DNA of 64,000 bases from Octopus vulgaris (taxonomy: Eukaryota). The position numbers and the translations under genes are program-made. Of this stretch, positions 27,081 through 38,914 are shown piece after piece. The notes beneath the pieces are model-generated. The model was given only the letters and a program-made list of their open reading frames with translations, made no database searches and was not told the origin of the DNA. The stretch spans positions 109,120,001 through 109,184,000 of the forward strand of contig OX597817.1 in the NCBI GenBank assembly GCA_951406725.2, written 5' to 3'. Positions within the stretch are counted from its first letter, which is position 1; every line of letters starts with the position of its first letter.

Positions 27081-27490
27081 CCATTTCGATAAACGAAACC
27101 TGTCCATGTGTCTACACCTACTAAAAATTTCAGATCTCGAATCCAGCAGTGTTTTGAAATTGCTGGATCTAAGAAGAATATGAGATCTTTCTGCTATGCA
27201 AAAGTTGCATTTCTTAGATCCATTACCATATGGCTTGGATTACTTCACTATCCTCCACTTAAGTCTATGTGTTGTGAGGTCGTCCTTCAAATTCCATACG
27301 TGGGTAACCAACTTAATTGCATTACTTTTATCGATGTGCCGGAAAGAAGATAGGTGGCTTGTATAACGTCGTTTGAATTCGCCCTCACATAACCCAATGT
27401 CATTATTCTTTTCAATTTGTCTTGGAGCATAGCTGTAACTTCAGCCACGTATATGATAGCTAAAACGATTCATCGATGCACAAATTTCTT
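27081..27490 (-). mobile_element. Naiad-like PLE GIY-YIG endonuclease pseudogene (largely missed by the ORF track)
   Basis: AIIYVAEV...IGLCEGEFKRRYTSHLSSFRH...KLVTHVWNLK...KWRIVK*SKPYGNGSKKCNFCIAERSHIL...LLDSRSEIFSRCRH, with one frameshift and one stop. Same motif layout as the 61192 ORF. Confidence 0.85.
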
Positions 27491-28210
27491 TTCACGTCGG
27501 TTCCTAGAGTCATTCTTAGCACTTTTTATTTTGCCATTGGAAGAGTTTCACCTTCAACAGATATTCACCTACAAGAAATATCATCTCTACAATGTATAAG
27601 ATGCTTTTCAATTGCTTTACACTTTATTTGATGAGTGAGCGTTGATTACAGTACAGTTGCAACAGTGAATGGTTGAGTATCACAGTCAATAAAATGTTTA
27701 CTATGCTTTTAGTCCTTTATAAACATGATATGCTAATCGGATGGAGGGACACTACAGCACCACCAATAATGAACGTCATTATACGGCAGAGACATTGGAC
27801 GAAGGCATTTATATAATAGACGCTCATATTGATAACAGACTTGATATAAAGCTGATATAATTTTAACTATTTAAATGTACTTAATATGATGATTGTGTTA
27901 GCTGCAAAATACTTAATTTCATATGTGAATAAACGTTTCTGTTGCGAAAGAGAGAACACACCAACATAAATAAAGAGCAGAAGAGTGGAAAATACATAAC
28001 CAGGCAAAATGTAGCCGGACTGTTATATGCATAAAGAGAATCGAATATCCACTTATATTTGTAATGAATCGAAGCGTTTTATGATATAAAATATCGAATC
28101 CCAAAATACAGTTCCACGCATAATTATGGAGTAAAACACATTCAAGCAACGTTTCTATTTTTAAACTGGGTAAGTGTGCCATTCTCATTATACACAGATG
28201 CATACATACT

Positions 28211-28336
<126 letters not shown>

Positions 28337-29224
28337 CACATAGAAAGAGAGAGATACATACATAGCATACACATATTATGTATATGCACCACAATATAAT
28401 CATGAAAATTGTTTACAATTCACAGCTGATTAATTAGTATTACAGCATTACTAAAGCTATTCGACCATAAAACCTATGCTCGAGAAACATTGTAAAATTG
28501 ACATGATTCTCTGATACCATACAACCTAGAAAACAACAGGGAAAACGGAAGTAGCATATAACTACATGGATGAGCACACACACTTGTATAATTATCATTT
28601 TACACACACACACACACACACGCGCATATAGATACACACATACTCTCTCACACACACGCTCACAAGTATATACAAAAATAAATCAGCTTTTCATAGTATT
28701 TACAGGAACTAAAATGTATGCGAATTCTGTCAAGCAGAACTTATTAACTGGTAATTTCTCAAAGACAATAGAGAAGAATTCAATATGTAGAATGAAATGG
28801 CAAAACACAATCAGCAATATTCAATTGTATTTGTACAAGGCAGGCAGTGTCTCTGACAGTGCTTACTCCGATGTATTTAGACTTGGTCATATCTGTTTAA
28901 CAAACCACTATTTCCATTAAACTTTTACACAGCTCCTGAAAGCTTTTTGTATTCACGTAAGCGTATATATGTGATGAAAAAAGCCAACGAACATGTAACA
29001 GGCAGTAATACTTGGGACTAAATACTATATGTTGTTTTGTGTCCTTCTTGTGGGTTCCGCCTTGAAATCCTGCCAAAGTTAATTTTATCCCATGTTGATA
29101 AGAGGACTAACAATTATATTCTAGAATTGATCCAATTGACAATAACAATTTATCACAGAAATTGGCCGAGCGCCTAATCAAAAGGTGTCGATAATTTTGC
29201 ATCTAATATGTATATATATATATG

Positions 29225-29292
<68 letters not shown>

Positions 29293-29891
29293 AAAAAAAG
29301 AAAAAAAGAAATCTCCACGGATATACTATCTCCCTAAACTGATTAGCGAATCACTTTCGGTAAATTATATCTTTGACTGCATTCAGAGACGGGTAACGTG
29401 TTTGTTCATTAAATATAGACTCGTTGGCTTATCCCTATATCATTAATATTGTGTGTCCTGTTATTTTCCTCATAACAAGCAGTCTTTTTATTTTATCGAA
29501 TACTTTTTTTCTCTACGTTTCTTCTCTCTAGTAATACTTATTCCTCTCACAAGAAAGATATGCAACTTTTTCGAAATGTTAAATAATATACATAATCTTT
29601 ATACCAACGAACTTCCTTCAGCAATAGCCTACAATTATATATTCTGAAAACTCGAAGCATAAAATTACCTTCCAAGTTCGCAGTCTTCAAAAATGGAATA
29701 ACATATTTCCATAACCAATAAAAATTATTGGTTCTGCTTTCTTCATTGGTATTCTGAACGAACCCTTGAAAGAAAAGTAGAAATGTCCTATTTACCTGAG
29801 AAACAATTTTAAAAACATCTGACGTTTCAATACATTTTACATCCTAAACCTTGCAGCATTTTGTATATATGTATTTAACATATATATGTAT

Positions 29892-30070
29892 AAAGGCGGC
29901 AAGCTGGCAGAATCGTTAGCACGCCAGGCATTTCTTTGAGTTTTATTATGTTCCGTGTTAAGATTCCCCCGAGATCGATAAAATAAGTACCAGTTGAGCA
30001 TGGGTTGGATAATCGATTAACCACCCCCACTCCGAAATTGCTGGCCTTGTGCCAAAAATTAAAACCAATA
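29892..30070 (+). mobile_element. Major SINE family copy
   Basis: AAGGCGGCAAGCTGGCAGAATCGTTAGCACGCC...ATAAGTACCAGTTGAGCA...GGCCTTGTGCC. Confidence 0.8.
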
Positions 30071-30852
30071 TTTATACGTATAGAAATATTTTTCATACAT
30101 TTACACGTTAGTATATGGCGCGGTTTGTGCGACTGAGCTATTGATAGTAGTAAATGAACAAATATATATTTTTAAATATTTCCTAATTGAAAGAAACATG
30201 TTGTGAAGCGATATCAATAAAACGAATTTAGAAACGAACAATATGGTATACTTCAGAAATCATCGTGTGTATTAACATTTCAGAAATAAATCGATAATAA
30301 AAATGTTGTACTCCACTAATGAGAAAATATCAGTCAAAATGACATTGACTGTTAAATCAGAAGAAAACTTTATCGAGAACGTTTATGTAAGATAATCAAA
30401 TAAAATTGGCATTAAATGTTTATCAAAAATACACCATCTGCAAATATTATTTTATAGCTTATAATTTGGAGAAGGTTTATTATTAGGAGCCTATATGTAA
30501 AAGATATGTTTTACGATCTACACGACTAATTTTAATGAATTTAAAGATAAAGACTAGGCTCAAAATTCTGATAAAAAAACAATAGAATGTACAATCTAAA
30601 AATACAATCTGAGAAAATTGGTGGTGGTTGTGTCAGTAAAATATTACAGTAAAGTTTTGATTTTGTATCAGTTTGCATGTCACAGGGAGGAGGTTTATGG
30701 TGGCTTGGGACTCAATATTTAACTGAGAGTCGAAGAATTCAAATCAGTTAACACTTACTTATTCTGACAAACAGAGTGTCAGGCGCAAAAGGTTATATTT
30801 CCTTTCACCCTGTGGCACAGAAATTTATCAAATTAATGAACATCACTATTTC

Positions 30853-30940
<88 letters not shown>

Positions 30941-33788
30941 ACACGTTCTCAATATTTTGGTTTTCCCTCTCTCCACACCAAATTCATTTTTTACCTTTTT
31001 CAAATATTTTTTGTTGGTAATTTACTGAGAAAAAAAGAGAGTACGAATCTTTAAAAAATTTACCCGTCACCCCAAAAAGCTACACTCTTCCAATGTTTCA
31101 CTTTTAGCTTCTTGGAAAGCGGGAAAGTTTCTTCAGAAATGTCACTTATCTGTTGTTTCTAGCATATCGGGGTTTTCTGGTGGTGGGCTGATATTTTTTC
31201 AGTAGAATTGAACGGATGCGGGAAGCAACAGACAAAAGTGAAAGTGAGTAGGTGATGGGTGGACGAGGTGGGAGAAGGGGCATTGCGTGTTTCTTTAAGA
31301 AAAAATAAACTATAAAAAAATATGTATTTTCCAGATTCGTAATCTATGTATCCCGCCCCCCCCTCCCCCCAAAAAAATTCGAAAGAGTTACAAATTAAGA
31401 AATTGTGGTGAGGATGGGGGATGGGAATTAAAATTTTGAAAACGGAATTTCTGGACAAAATCGTATTAACCCACTTTTAGACGATGAAACCATACATAGT
31501 TTGTGATCCTTCTTAAGAACAGAAAGCACTTTCATGCAAATCCATGCAATTCCTTCACTTTTAAACAAGCAATAACTTCCATTATGCCATAACTATATAT
31601 CAGTGGTGCCGATTCTGCCCATAAGAAAAAGAACATATAATACAATGTGCCTGTAGTTCATAACAGTCGGGCAAAGCTGGGATGCATTGCCAGTCATTAC
31701 ATAAAGGTAAATCAGAAATGACTTGATAGTGATAAAATATTTCAAATTCGTTTCTCATCTGCTTTGTAAATTATGATACTGATTTATACATACACTTAAG
31801 ATAGGTCTACATAATTAAAGTTTGCTTGGGAAAAAAGTCAGTAATAAAGAGAAATGTGTATTTATTAGAATCACGTTGGCTTAGTTTTGTGGTAAGGGAA
31901 AATGGCAAAAATTGAATAAATTCTAAGTCTACCTACGTAATTCTTTAAATTAAAGTTATACTAAAACCTGCTACTGTGCTGTAATTTATATAGCATTCTC
32001 TTACAAACTTTGAAATTCTGTAATGTACCAAGTTCTGGTTTCAAATTTCCGTATTTAAATACCAACATGAGACAATAAGATGTATGGTAATGGGTCTGAT
32101 CGATTATTGAATTCCGGTCTGTTGTAATATTATCATTCGGTGATAAGCACCCTGTCTCTCATGAAACAAGTATGCTTGAAAAAAAAGTATGTCAGAGAAG
32201 TAGAAGTAACAACCAGTTTGTGTACAGGATCTCTCTCACAAAATGATGGCGGTAATTTTATTAATACCCAGAATTAATGCCTTTAGTATAATGTCTGCTC
32301 TAAAACCGCGTACGTAGTAGAGAAAAGAATATCTCATCGGAATATTTTCAATAGAGTTTATACTGTACTTCAACTGTAGGCCAGCTCTGATTAATTACAT
32401 CTAGAATCAAAAACAACCCAGCCATGGCCAAGCGAAATTTTCTCAGACAATGTATCTATACCAGTAATGTATTCTTTCTGTTTTCAAGATAGTAGTTTGA
32501 GATGAGGAGATCCAGTTGCTGTTTCTAGCAAGTCTAGCAACTAGTTTCCGGTTTTCTTGGTTGCTCATTACGTCAGAGCTATTTCGCTGGATGGAATTTA
32601 TGGTGTTAAACAGAATATCATGCTATACCGACTGTCTTGTAAGCCTAAAACTCTGTTTTCCATTTAGCTTGCTTTTATGGTAGATATAATTGTCCAATAT
32701 TTAAAACGTTTCTCATTGCTGATTTTGTAGTAAGACAATTTGTTCCCTACTAATTACCCATAAAAGCATTACCATTCTTTGATACCAGATTGACGTTTAC
32801 TGATTTCTGCAGCAATTATCCATAAAATACATTACCAAGACAATATATCAGGCATGTAATATATAGAGTTCACAAATCTAAAGTGACAGAATGTATTAGA
32901 TTAGTAAATATTAGATTTGCAGAAGCAAATATGCAGAGTAAGTTTAAAGCTGGTCCTTTATAAATAGTTTGATAGGTACAATAAAACAACTCGTTATATC
33001 TCTAGAGTAGTGGTCAAATGAAAAGGAAAGTAGATTTTTTTTCTGGCTGCTTAAAATGATAATATTGTCCATATATATACACGCACATGCGAACACACAA
33101 CTTATACCCCGCCACGCACTCACAAACAAACATACTACACACATAGATGTAGTGTTATTTCCTTTAAATTAGCGTTATTAAAATTAGAATACTTTCATAT
33201 CTATTATTTAATACATAATGTATAATCAGATGTACTTTCTATTTAAAATTTAGCACACCATTTGTATAGTTATTTTATGAGCCTGAGTAGTGTGCGTACG
33301 CTTACAGGTTTGTACTTCTTATACCTCACTTTTGGCCGAAATCTTCTAAATTCGTATGTTTACTCATACCAACAAATACACAAGCTAGATTTTGTTGCTA
33401 AATTAGTGTTATGCACCGACGCTTTTTTACTCAGCTACATTTTTATTATGTATGTTGCCCCTTTTCACACATAGTTTGGTTGATATATATTTTTGTTTGC
33501 TTTGGTTTGCGACTATTATTAAATGTTTGCAGTTACCTGGTTTCATAAATATACATACATACATACATACATACATACATACATACATACATACATACAT
33601 ACATACATACATACGTATGTACGTACGTACGAACGTACATACATACATATATAGGGAAAAGTAAGTTAAAAAAAGAACAATTCAAACAGTTTGAGGGGTT
33701 CAAAAAGTGAGAAAGAATGATTTCTAATAAAGATTCATTATATTCATAAAAAAAAGCAGCCAGAGCAAGTAATAGGAGTATGAAAATA

Positions 33789-33896
33789 GTAGTTGAAAAT
33801 ATCGTTATAGCTATAAATATACGATAACAATTATATAAAAATGTTTATATAATTGTTTATGGTATGTTTATATCTATAACAATATTTTTCAACTAC
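33789..33896. repeat. Fold-back palindrome (~108 bp)
   Basis: GTAGTTGAAAATATCGTTATAG...AACAATTATATAAA pairs with TTTATATAATTGTT...CTATAACAATATTTTTCAACTAC. Confidence 0.85.
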
Positions 33897-33915
33897 ATAT
33901 ATATATAAAAATTAA

Positions 33916-33947
<32 letters not shown>

Positions 33948-34054
33948 CAAAATCAGAATTGAAAAACCTTTTAAATATTGGACAATTTTATATACCATAA
34001 AACGTACACAATTACATGTCAAGATGCACAATCATTTACAAATGCGTGTGTATA

Positions 34055-34100
<46 letters not shown>

Positions 34101-34243
34101 TATATGCATATACACACGTACTTATTGTAATTGTGTACATGAACATGATGGTTTCATATGCACATTTGTCTAGCAATTACCTTTCTCATGTTATTCCGCT
34201 CAACATTTAATTCCTATTTTTCATATTACACATGAAATACCTT

Positions 34244-34279
34244 TACTACTGAGGAGTCGTTAGCGATGTAATATGTAAG
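34244..34279 (+). ncRNA. Degenerate hammerhead ribozyme motif
   Basis: ACT-A-CTGAGGA-GTCG(ttag)CGAT-GTAA-TATG-TA-AGT. The GAAA core is mutated to GTAA, so it is probably inactive. Confidence 0.45.
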
Positions 34280-34399
34280 TCACTGTCACTCTCTATTTCT
34301 ATTTGATAAATTATACATGCATGCACAAATACGATTAATTAATTAATTTTATATATATAATTAGTTAACTAGTTAATCAATCATATATATACATATATA

Positions 34400-34500
<101 letters not shown>

Positions 34501-34710
34501 GTGGAGGTACAATGGCCCAGTGGTTAGGGCAGCGAATTCGCGGTCGAAGGGTCGCGGTTTCGATTCCCCGACCGGGCGTTGTGAGTGTTTATTGAGCAAA
34601 AACACCTAAAGCTCCACGAGACTCCGGCATTCGAAGCCTAAAACAATGCGAAGCGCATTGTTACCAGCGATGTGTAACAACATCTGATAGCCTGGTCGGT
34701 CACGTGACGT
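34501..34710 (+). mobile_element. tRNA-derived SINE (second family)
   Basis: A box TGGCCCAGTGG and B box GGTTTCGATTCCC, then AAAACACCTAAAGCTCCACGAG. The head is shared with 41740-42230. Confidence 0.85.
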
Positions 34711-35171
34711 GATATATATATATATGGATATGGCGGTGCCCCAACATAGCCACAGCTCGTGTGCTAAAACTAGATAAAATAAAATTAAAAAATATATATA
34801 TATACATATACATATATATACATATATATCTACATGGACATGCAAGCGGATGCATGTGTATGTGTAAATGTGTGTGCATGTATATTTCTCTATGTCTGTA
34901 TATGTATGTATATGTATGTATATGTATGTATACATATATATATATATATATGAGTGTGTGTGTGTATGTATATGTACGTATGTACGTGCATATGCATATA
35001 CAAATATAATATATTTGAGTGAGTGTGTGTATGTGTATATATGTATACGTATGTACCTGTGTGCACACGTGCGTGCGCCGGCACGTATGTATTTCCGTGT
35101 GCATATATGTGTATATATGTGTATCAATAAATTTACGGATGCGCGTGAGTATGCATGTATATATATATATA

Positions 35172-35216
<45 letters not shown>

Positions 35217-35319
35217 ATATATATGCGTATGTATATGTATAAGTTTGTGTGTATATATGTATGCATATGCGTATATGTATATGTATGTCTGTGTATGTAT
35301 GTCATTATAACTTGTTTCC

Positions 35320-36188
35320 TAGCTATCACAGTACCCTATATAATTACATACGTCTATTTATAGAAATTCAATATCCTCATATTCTTCCATCTACTAAAAC
35401 TACTACTCCTGTTGGTATCACCCCACCCATACCTTTTCTCTACCATTCCATTAATGCCCCTCTATCATCCCACCCCTACTCACATATCTCATACTTATTC
35501 ACTCCTTACCTTCTCATCTCTTCCTATCCCCCACTCCTCTCCCATCCTCCCCTCACATTACCTTGACCACAAACTAACACTCCTTTTCTCACTTCTTTCA
35601 GCCTTTCTTCACTCCTTTCATTTTTCTCTCTTTTTCTGTCTCTTTTACTTTGATTTCTCTCTATCTTCCTCTCATTTTGTCTCCCTACTTTCATTTTGAC
35701 CTATCTCTTCATTCTAATCATGCACATCCCTCCCTACCATCTATTTACAAATACTACCGATACACTCTCAAATTGTCATTCACACCACAAGACCCTTTCG
35801 AATGAGCAACACAAAATCCACGGCTCCATATTTTGAAATGAATAAACATGAACTACTATTGGAACTTACGTACTGTGTACAGGAAACTTTTTTTACCATC
35901 TCTATACACCTCGAATAAAGGAACTGGAACTACAATATCCTTAAATATTTTATTTTCTATTTCTACTTCATATTCTGTTATTTCCCTCTACATTACATAC
36001 CTCCTCCTTTTCTATAATAATTCCTTATTTCGAACTCAAATATTTACATCTATTTCACCATCTCACATCGTCACTGATGAAGAGATATCCATAATATCCC
36101 AGAAACACCTGTAAGACTATATCTATATATTTTTACTTATAAATGTCCTGAAAACTATTCACAGCCTTGAATTTGTTATTTCATTTTG

Positions 36189-36193
<5 letters not shown>
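35320..36193 (+). mobile_element. PLE-type 3' terminal segment (pyrimidine-rich tract, HHR, terminus at (TA)n)
   Basis: Carries the HHR at 36070-36117 and ends in a 49-bp terminus shared with the Naiad-like element at 36473. The 5' boundary is approximate. Confidence 0.55.
36070..36117 (+). ncRNA. Type I hammerhead ribozyme motif, slightly decayed
   Basis: GTC-A-CTGATGA-A-GAGATAT(ccata)ATATCCC-A-GAAA-CACCTG-TA-A-GAC. Stem III is near-palindromic (ACACCTGT, one change from ACAGCTGT). Confidence 0.6.
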
Positions 36194-36223
<30 letters not shown>

Positions 36224-36259
36224 TAAGTATATATATATATACATATATATAAATATATA

Positions 36260-36292
<33 letters not shown>

Positions 36293-36696
36293 ATATGTAT
36301 ATATATATATATATGAAAGGTAGGTATTGGTATCTAGAAGACCCAAAGAGTGGCAGGTAACGCTAAGTAAGTTTCATGGACAGACTGTATTTAAAGCCTT
36401 GGTTCGATAGTGATACGAGTGAGGAGTCTAATGTGGGTATTATATTAGCTTGCATATATATATATATATATATTAGACAAAATGAAATAACAAATTCAAG
36501 GCTGTGAGTAGTTTTCAGGACGTGGAGTGATATGGTCGTTGTGTACTGTCAACTCAATGTGAGAGTCCCGTAAGGGAATTACACCACCGCCATTTAGCCC
36601 TAGGAAACTTCGACGCTTCCTGTCGGCTTTGACACATTTTCTTGTCCTTATGTTTGCAAAGGAGAGGCAATCGCCCCCGCCAGCTGGGACTAGCAC

Positions 36697-36740
36697 CTGA
36701 AGACATATGTTTCATAGTCTATTGCTCGTCATCAGTTCAG
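36697..36740 (-). ncRNA. Type I hammerhead ribozyme, distal copy
   Basis: CTGAA-CTGATGA-CGAGCAATAGACTAT-GAAA-CATATG-TC-TTCAG. Stem I is a perfect 5 bp, stem III is palindromic ACATATGT, and the GUC cleavage site falls at 36702/36701. Stem II is weak. Confidence 0.75.
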
Positions 36741-37055
36741 TGTTGCCTGCCTTGCTCGCTGAGATGACTGCAACCTCTCTTCAAATATATCCTATTTTCA
36801 GTAAAATTTATTTACTGATCACCGAAATTAGAAATATTGAATTTCCAAATGTCTCAGAGAGACATGAGCGGTGGTGGAGCGATATAGTGGTTGTGTACTG
36901 TCAACTCAATGTGACAGTCCCTTAAGGGAATTACACCACCGCCATTTAGCCCTAGGAAACTTCGACGTTTCCTGTCGGCTTTGACACATTTTCTGTGTCC
37001 TTATATTTGCAAAGGGGGGGGGGGGGCAATCACCCCCGCCAGCTGGGACTAGCAC

Positions 37056-37099
37056 CTGAAGACATATGTTTCTGAGTCTATTGTTCGTCATCAGTCCAG
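37056..37099 (-). ncRNA. Type I hammerhead ribozyme, proximal copy
   Basis: CTGGA-CTGATGA-CGAACAATAGACTCA-GAAA-CATATG-TC-TTCAG, with the cleavage site at 37061/37060. Confidence 0.75.
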
Positions 37100-37939
37100 G
37101 GTATCTAGTGTTGCTCGCTGAGTCTAATTTGGGTGATCAGTAAATACATTTTACTGAAAATAGGATATATTTGCAGAGAGGTTGCAGTCATACATTCATC
37201 CACCCTCACTTGAAAAACGTACACATCCTCACTCGCATCCTTCGCCAAATGTATATGCATATACATACAAACTCACTCACACACATGCGCGCACCGTAAA
37301 AGTTCATACATACGTCTACATACACACAAGCACAAGAAAAACTGGGTTAAGAGTAACAATACAGAAAAAAGGCATAAGGGAGTATACAAAGAGGAAACCA
37401 CGTCTATATACGCACATACTCTTATGCACGCACACACACACGCCCATATACGCACATACCTGCACACGTCTATATACGCACACACACGCACAAAAGGATT
37501 ATACATTCGTCTAAAAAACCCGGCCTAAGGGCAAAAATACAGGAAAATGTGTAAAAAACACTGAGTAAAATACGTCTATATACGCACGTACTCGCATGCA
37601 CGCACACACGCACACATCTATATACACACATACCTGCAAACACGCACATATCCACACGCGTGCACAAAGGATTCCATATACACGTCTATATACGCACAGG
37701 GAAAAATGCAGGGTGGAAGGTAGAGTACAGAAAAAATTATGTGTAAATTATATATAAGCAATAAACCTATAAACCAAATTTTCTATATGTAAGAAGTATA
37801 TGTATAAAACTATATAAATAAAATAAAAAAATATATAAGAAATATAAGTAAAAGGTATAATGAGATAAAAAAGACTTGTGCGTGGACACAATATACAAAG
37901 CAAGTTTTATCTGTAGTTTCGGGGGGACCAAAAATGTAA

Positions 37940-38722
37940 CAAAAATGTGGTTACGTATGGACATGATCCGAAAAGTTCTGTCCTTGAATTTAGACATGTT
38001 AGCGGGGTCTAAGCTGCTTTTCCAGATGAGCCGTCTTTCCATATCGCATAGACCGCACTTTCCACTGCCGTTGGTGTAGGGCTTACATTTGGCTAAAATA
38101 TTCCAATGAATGTTGTAACTGACACATTTATCTTTTAATGATCATATATGACTGGATAATTTGGTCGTTTTCATTTTGTCCCAGTGCCTAAAGGTCAGGT
38201 TGGTGTCTGTAGTTATACTAAGTCCGAGGTTTTTCATTAAATGGATAATGTCCTTCCTAAATTGATCCTGAGCTGGTCCGTTGGTATTTGCAGTTAAAGC
38301 GAGGGCATCATCTTTGTAGATGGCGAAGTATACGTCAGGAAAGGTCTTGCCCAACTTATCGAGTAGAAATAATCCAAGATCGCATATGCCTGCTCATCAT
38401 ATGACCCCATGCTCACATCGAAAGCACCCTCTGTGCCGGTAGTCTTGACCCACTCTGCGTTCTCGCTGAACAGTAAAGTATTTCTAGCATAGAAGTTTAT
38501 ATCCTTATCCTGTGTGCCGTTTTCTATGAAATCGCTTGCCAAGTTGAGGGCTTTATCTAGGAGTTCTTTAGAGATAGAGGCATAAAAATCGACAACATCG
38601 AATTGTGTAAATCTCGCTTTTTTCTTATTTTCAATGGCTTTAGACCAGTCGACGACTTCTATACTACTGGACCATTGTACTAGCCTAGTGGCGGTCCTAA
38701 TTTTTGCATTTATTTTTCCTAA
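37940..38722 (-). pseudogene. PLE reverse transcriptase fragment fused to the C-half of a GIY-YIG endonuclease
   Basis: QFDVVDFYASISKELL, FDVSMGSYD, IYKDDAL and GPAQDQFRKDII...GLSITTDTNL, then TFRH...TKLSSHI*SLK...WNILAKCKPYTNGSGKCGLCDME. Frameshifts are present. Confidence 0.9.
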
Positions 38723-38863
38723 AGTGAATCTCCACCTCGGATCCGAAACGCGGAGTTTAACCTTGGCTACCGAATAATTGTCACATATTACATTTACAGA
38801 TAAATTCCTCTATTTACAAATATCGAGGCCTCTTTCTTTCTTTCCTTATCTTACCGTTTTTAT

Positions 38864-38914
<51 letters not shown>

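Larger units (their letters stand above)
36473..38722 (-). mobile_element. Naiad-like Penelope-like element, 5'-truncated and internally deleted, with duplicated HHR-bearing 3' repeat
   Basis: RT and endonuclease remnants at 37940-38722, a 3' region with two HHR repeats, and a terminus abutting (TA)n. Confidence 0.8.

Noticed and set aside
26884-27183. 99-aa plus-strand ORF
   Set aside because: It is the antisense shadow of the PLE endonuclease relic and its 3' region.
34510-34580. tRNA gene-like A and B boxes, also at 41750 and 57440
   Set aside because: There is no full cloverleaf and each continues into a repeat body, so these are SINE heads.
38142-38144. In-frame TGA in the Naiad-like ORF as possible selenocysteine, since some Naiads are reported to encode selenoproteins
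   Set aside because: It sits at the conserved Trp of the LS.(H/K)IW.LK motif, so TGG to TGA is the simple explanation. The ORF is also frameshifted.
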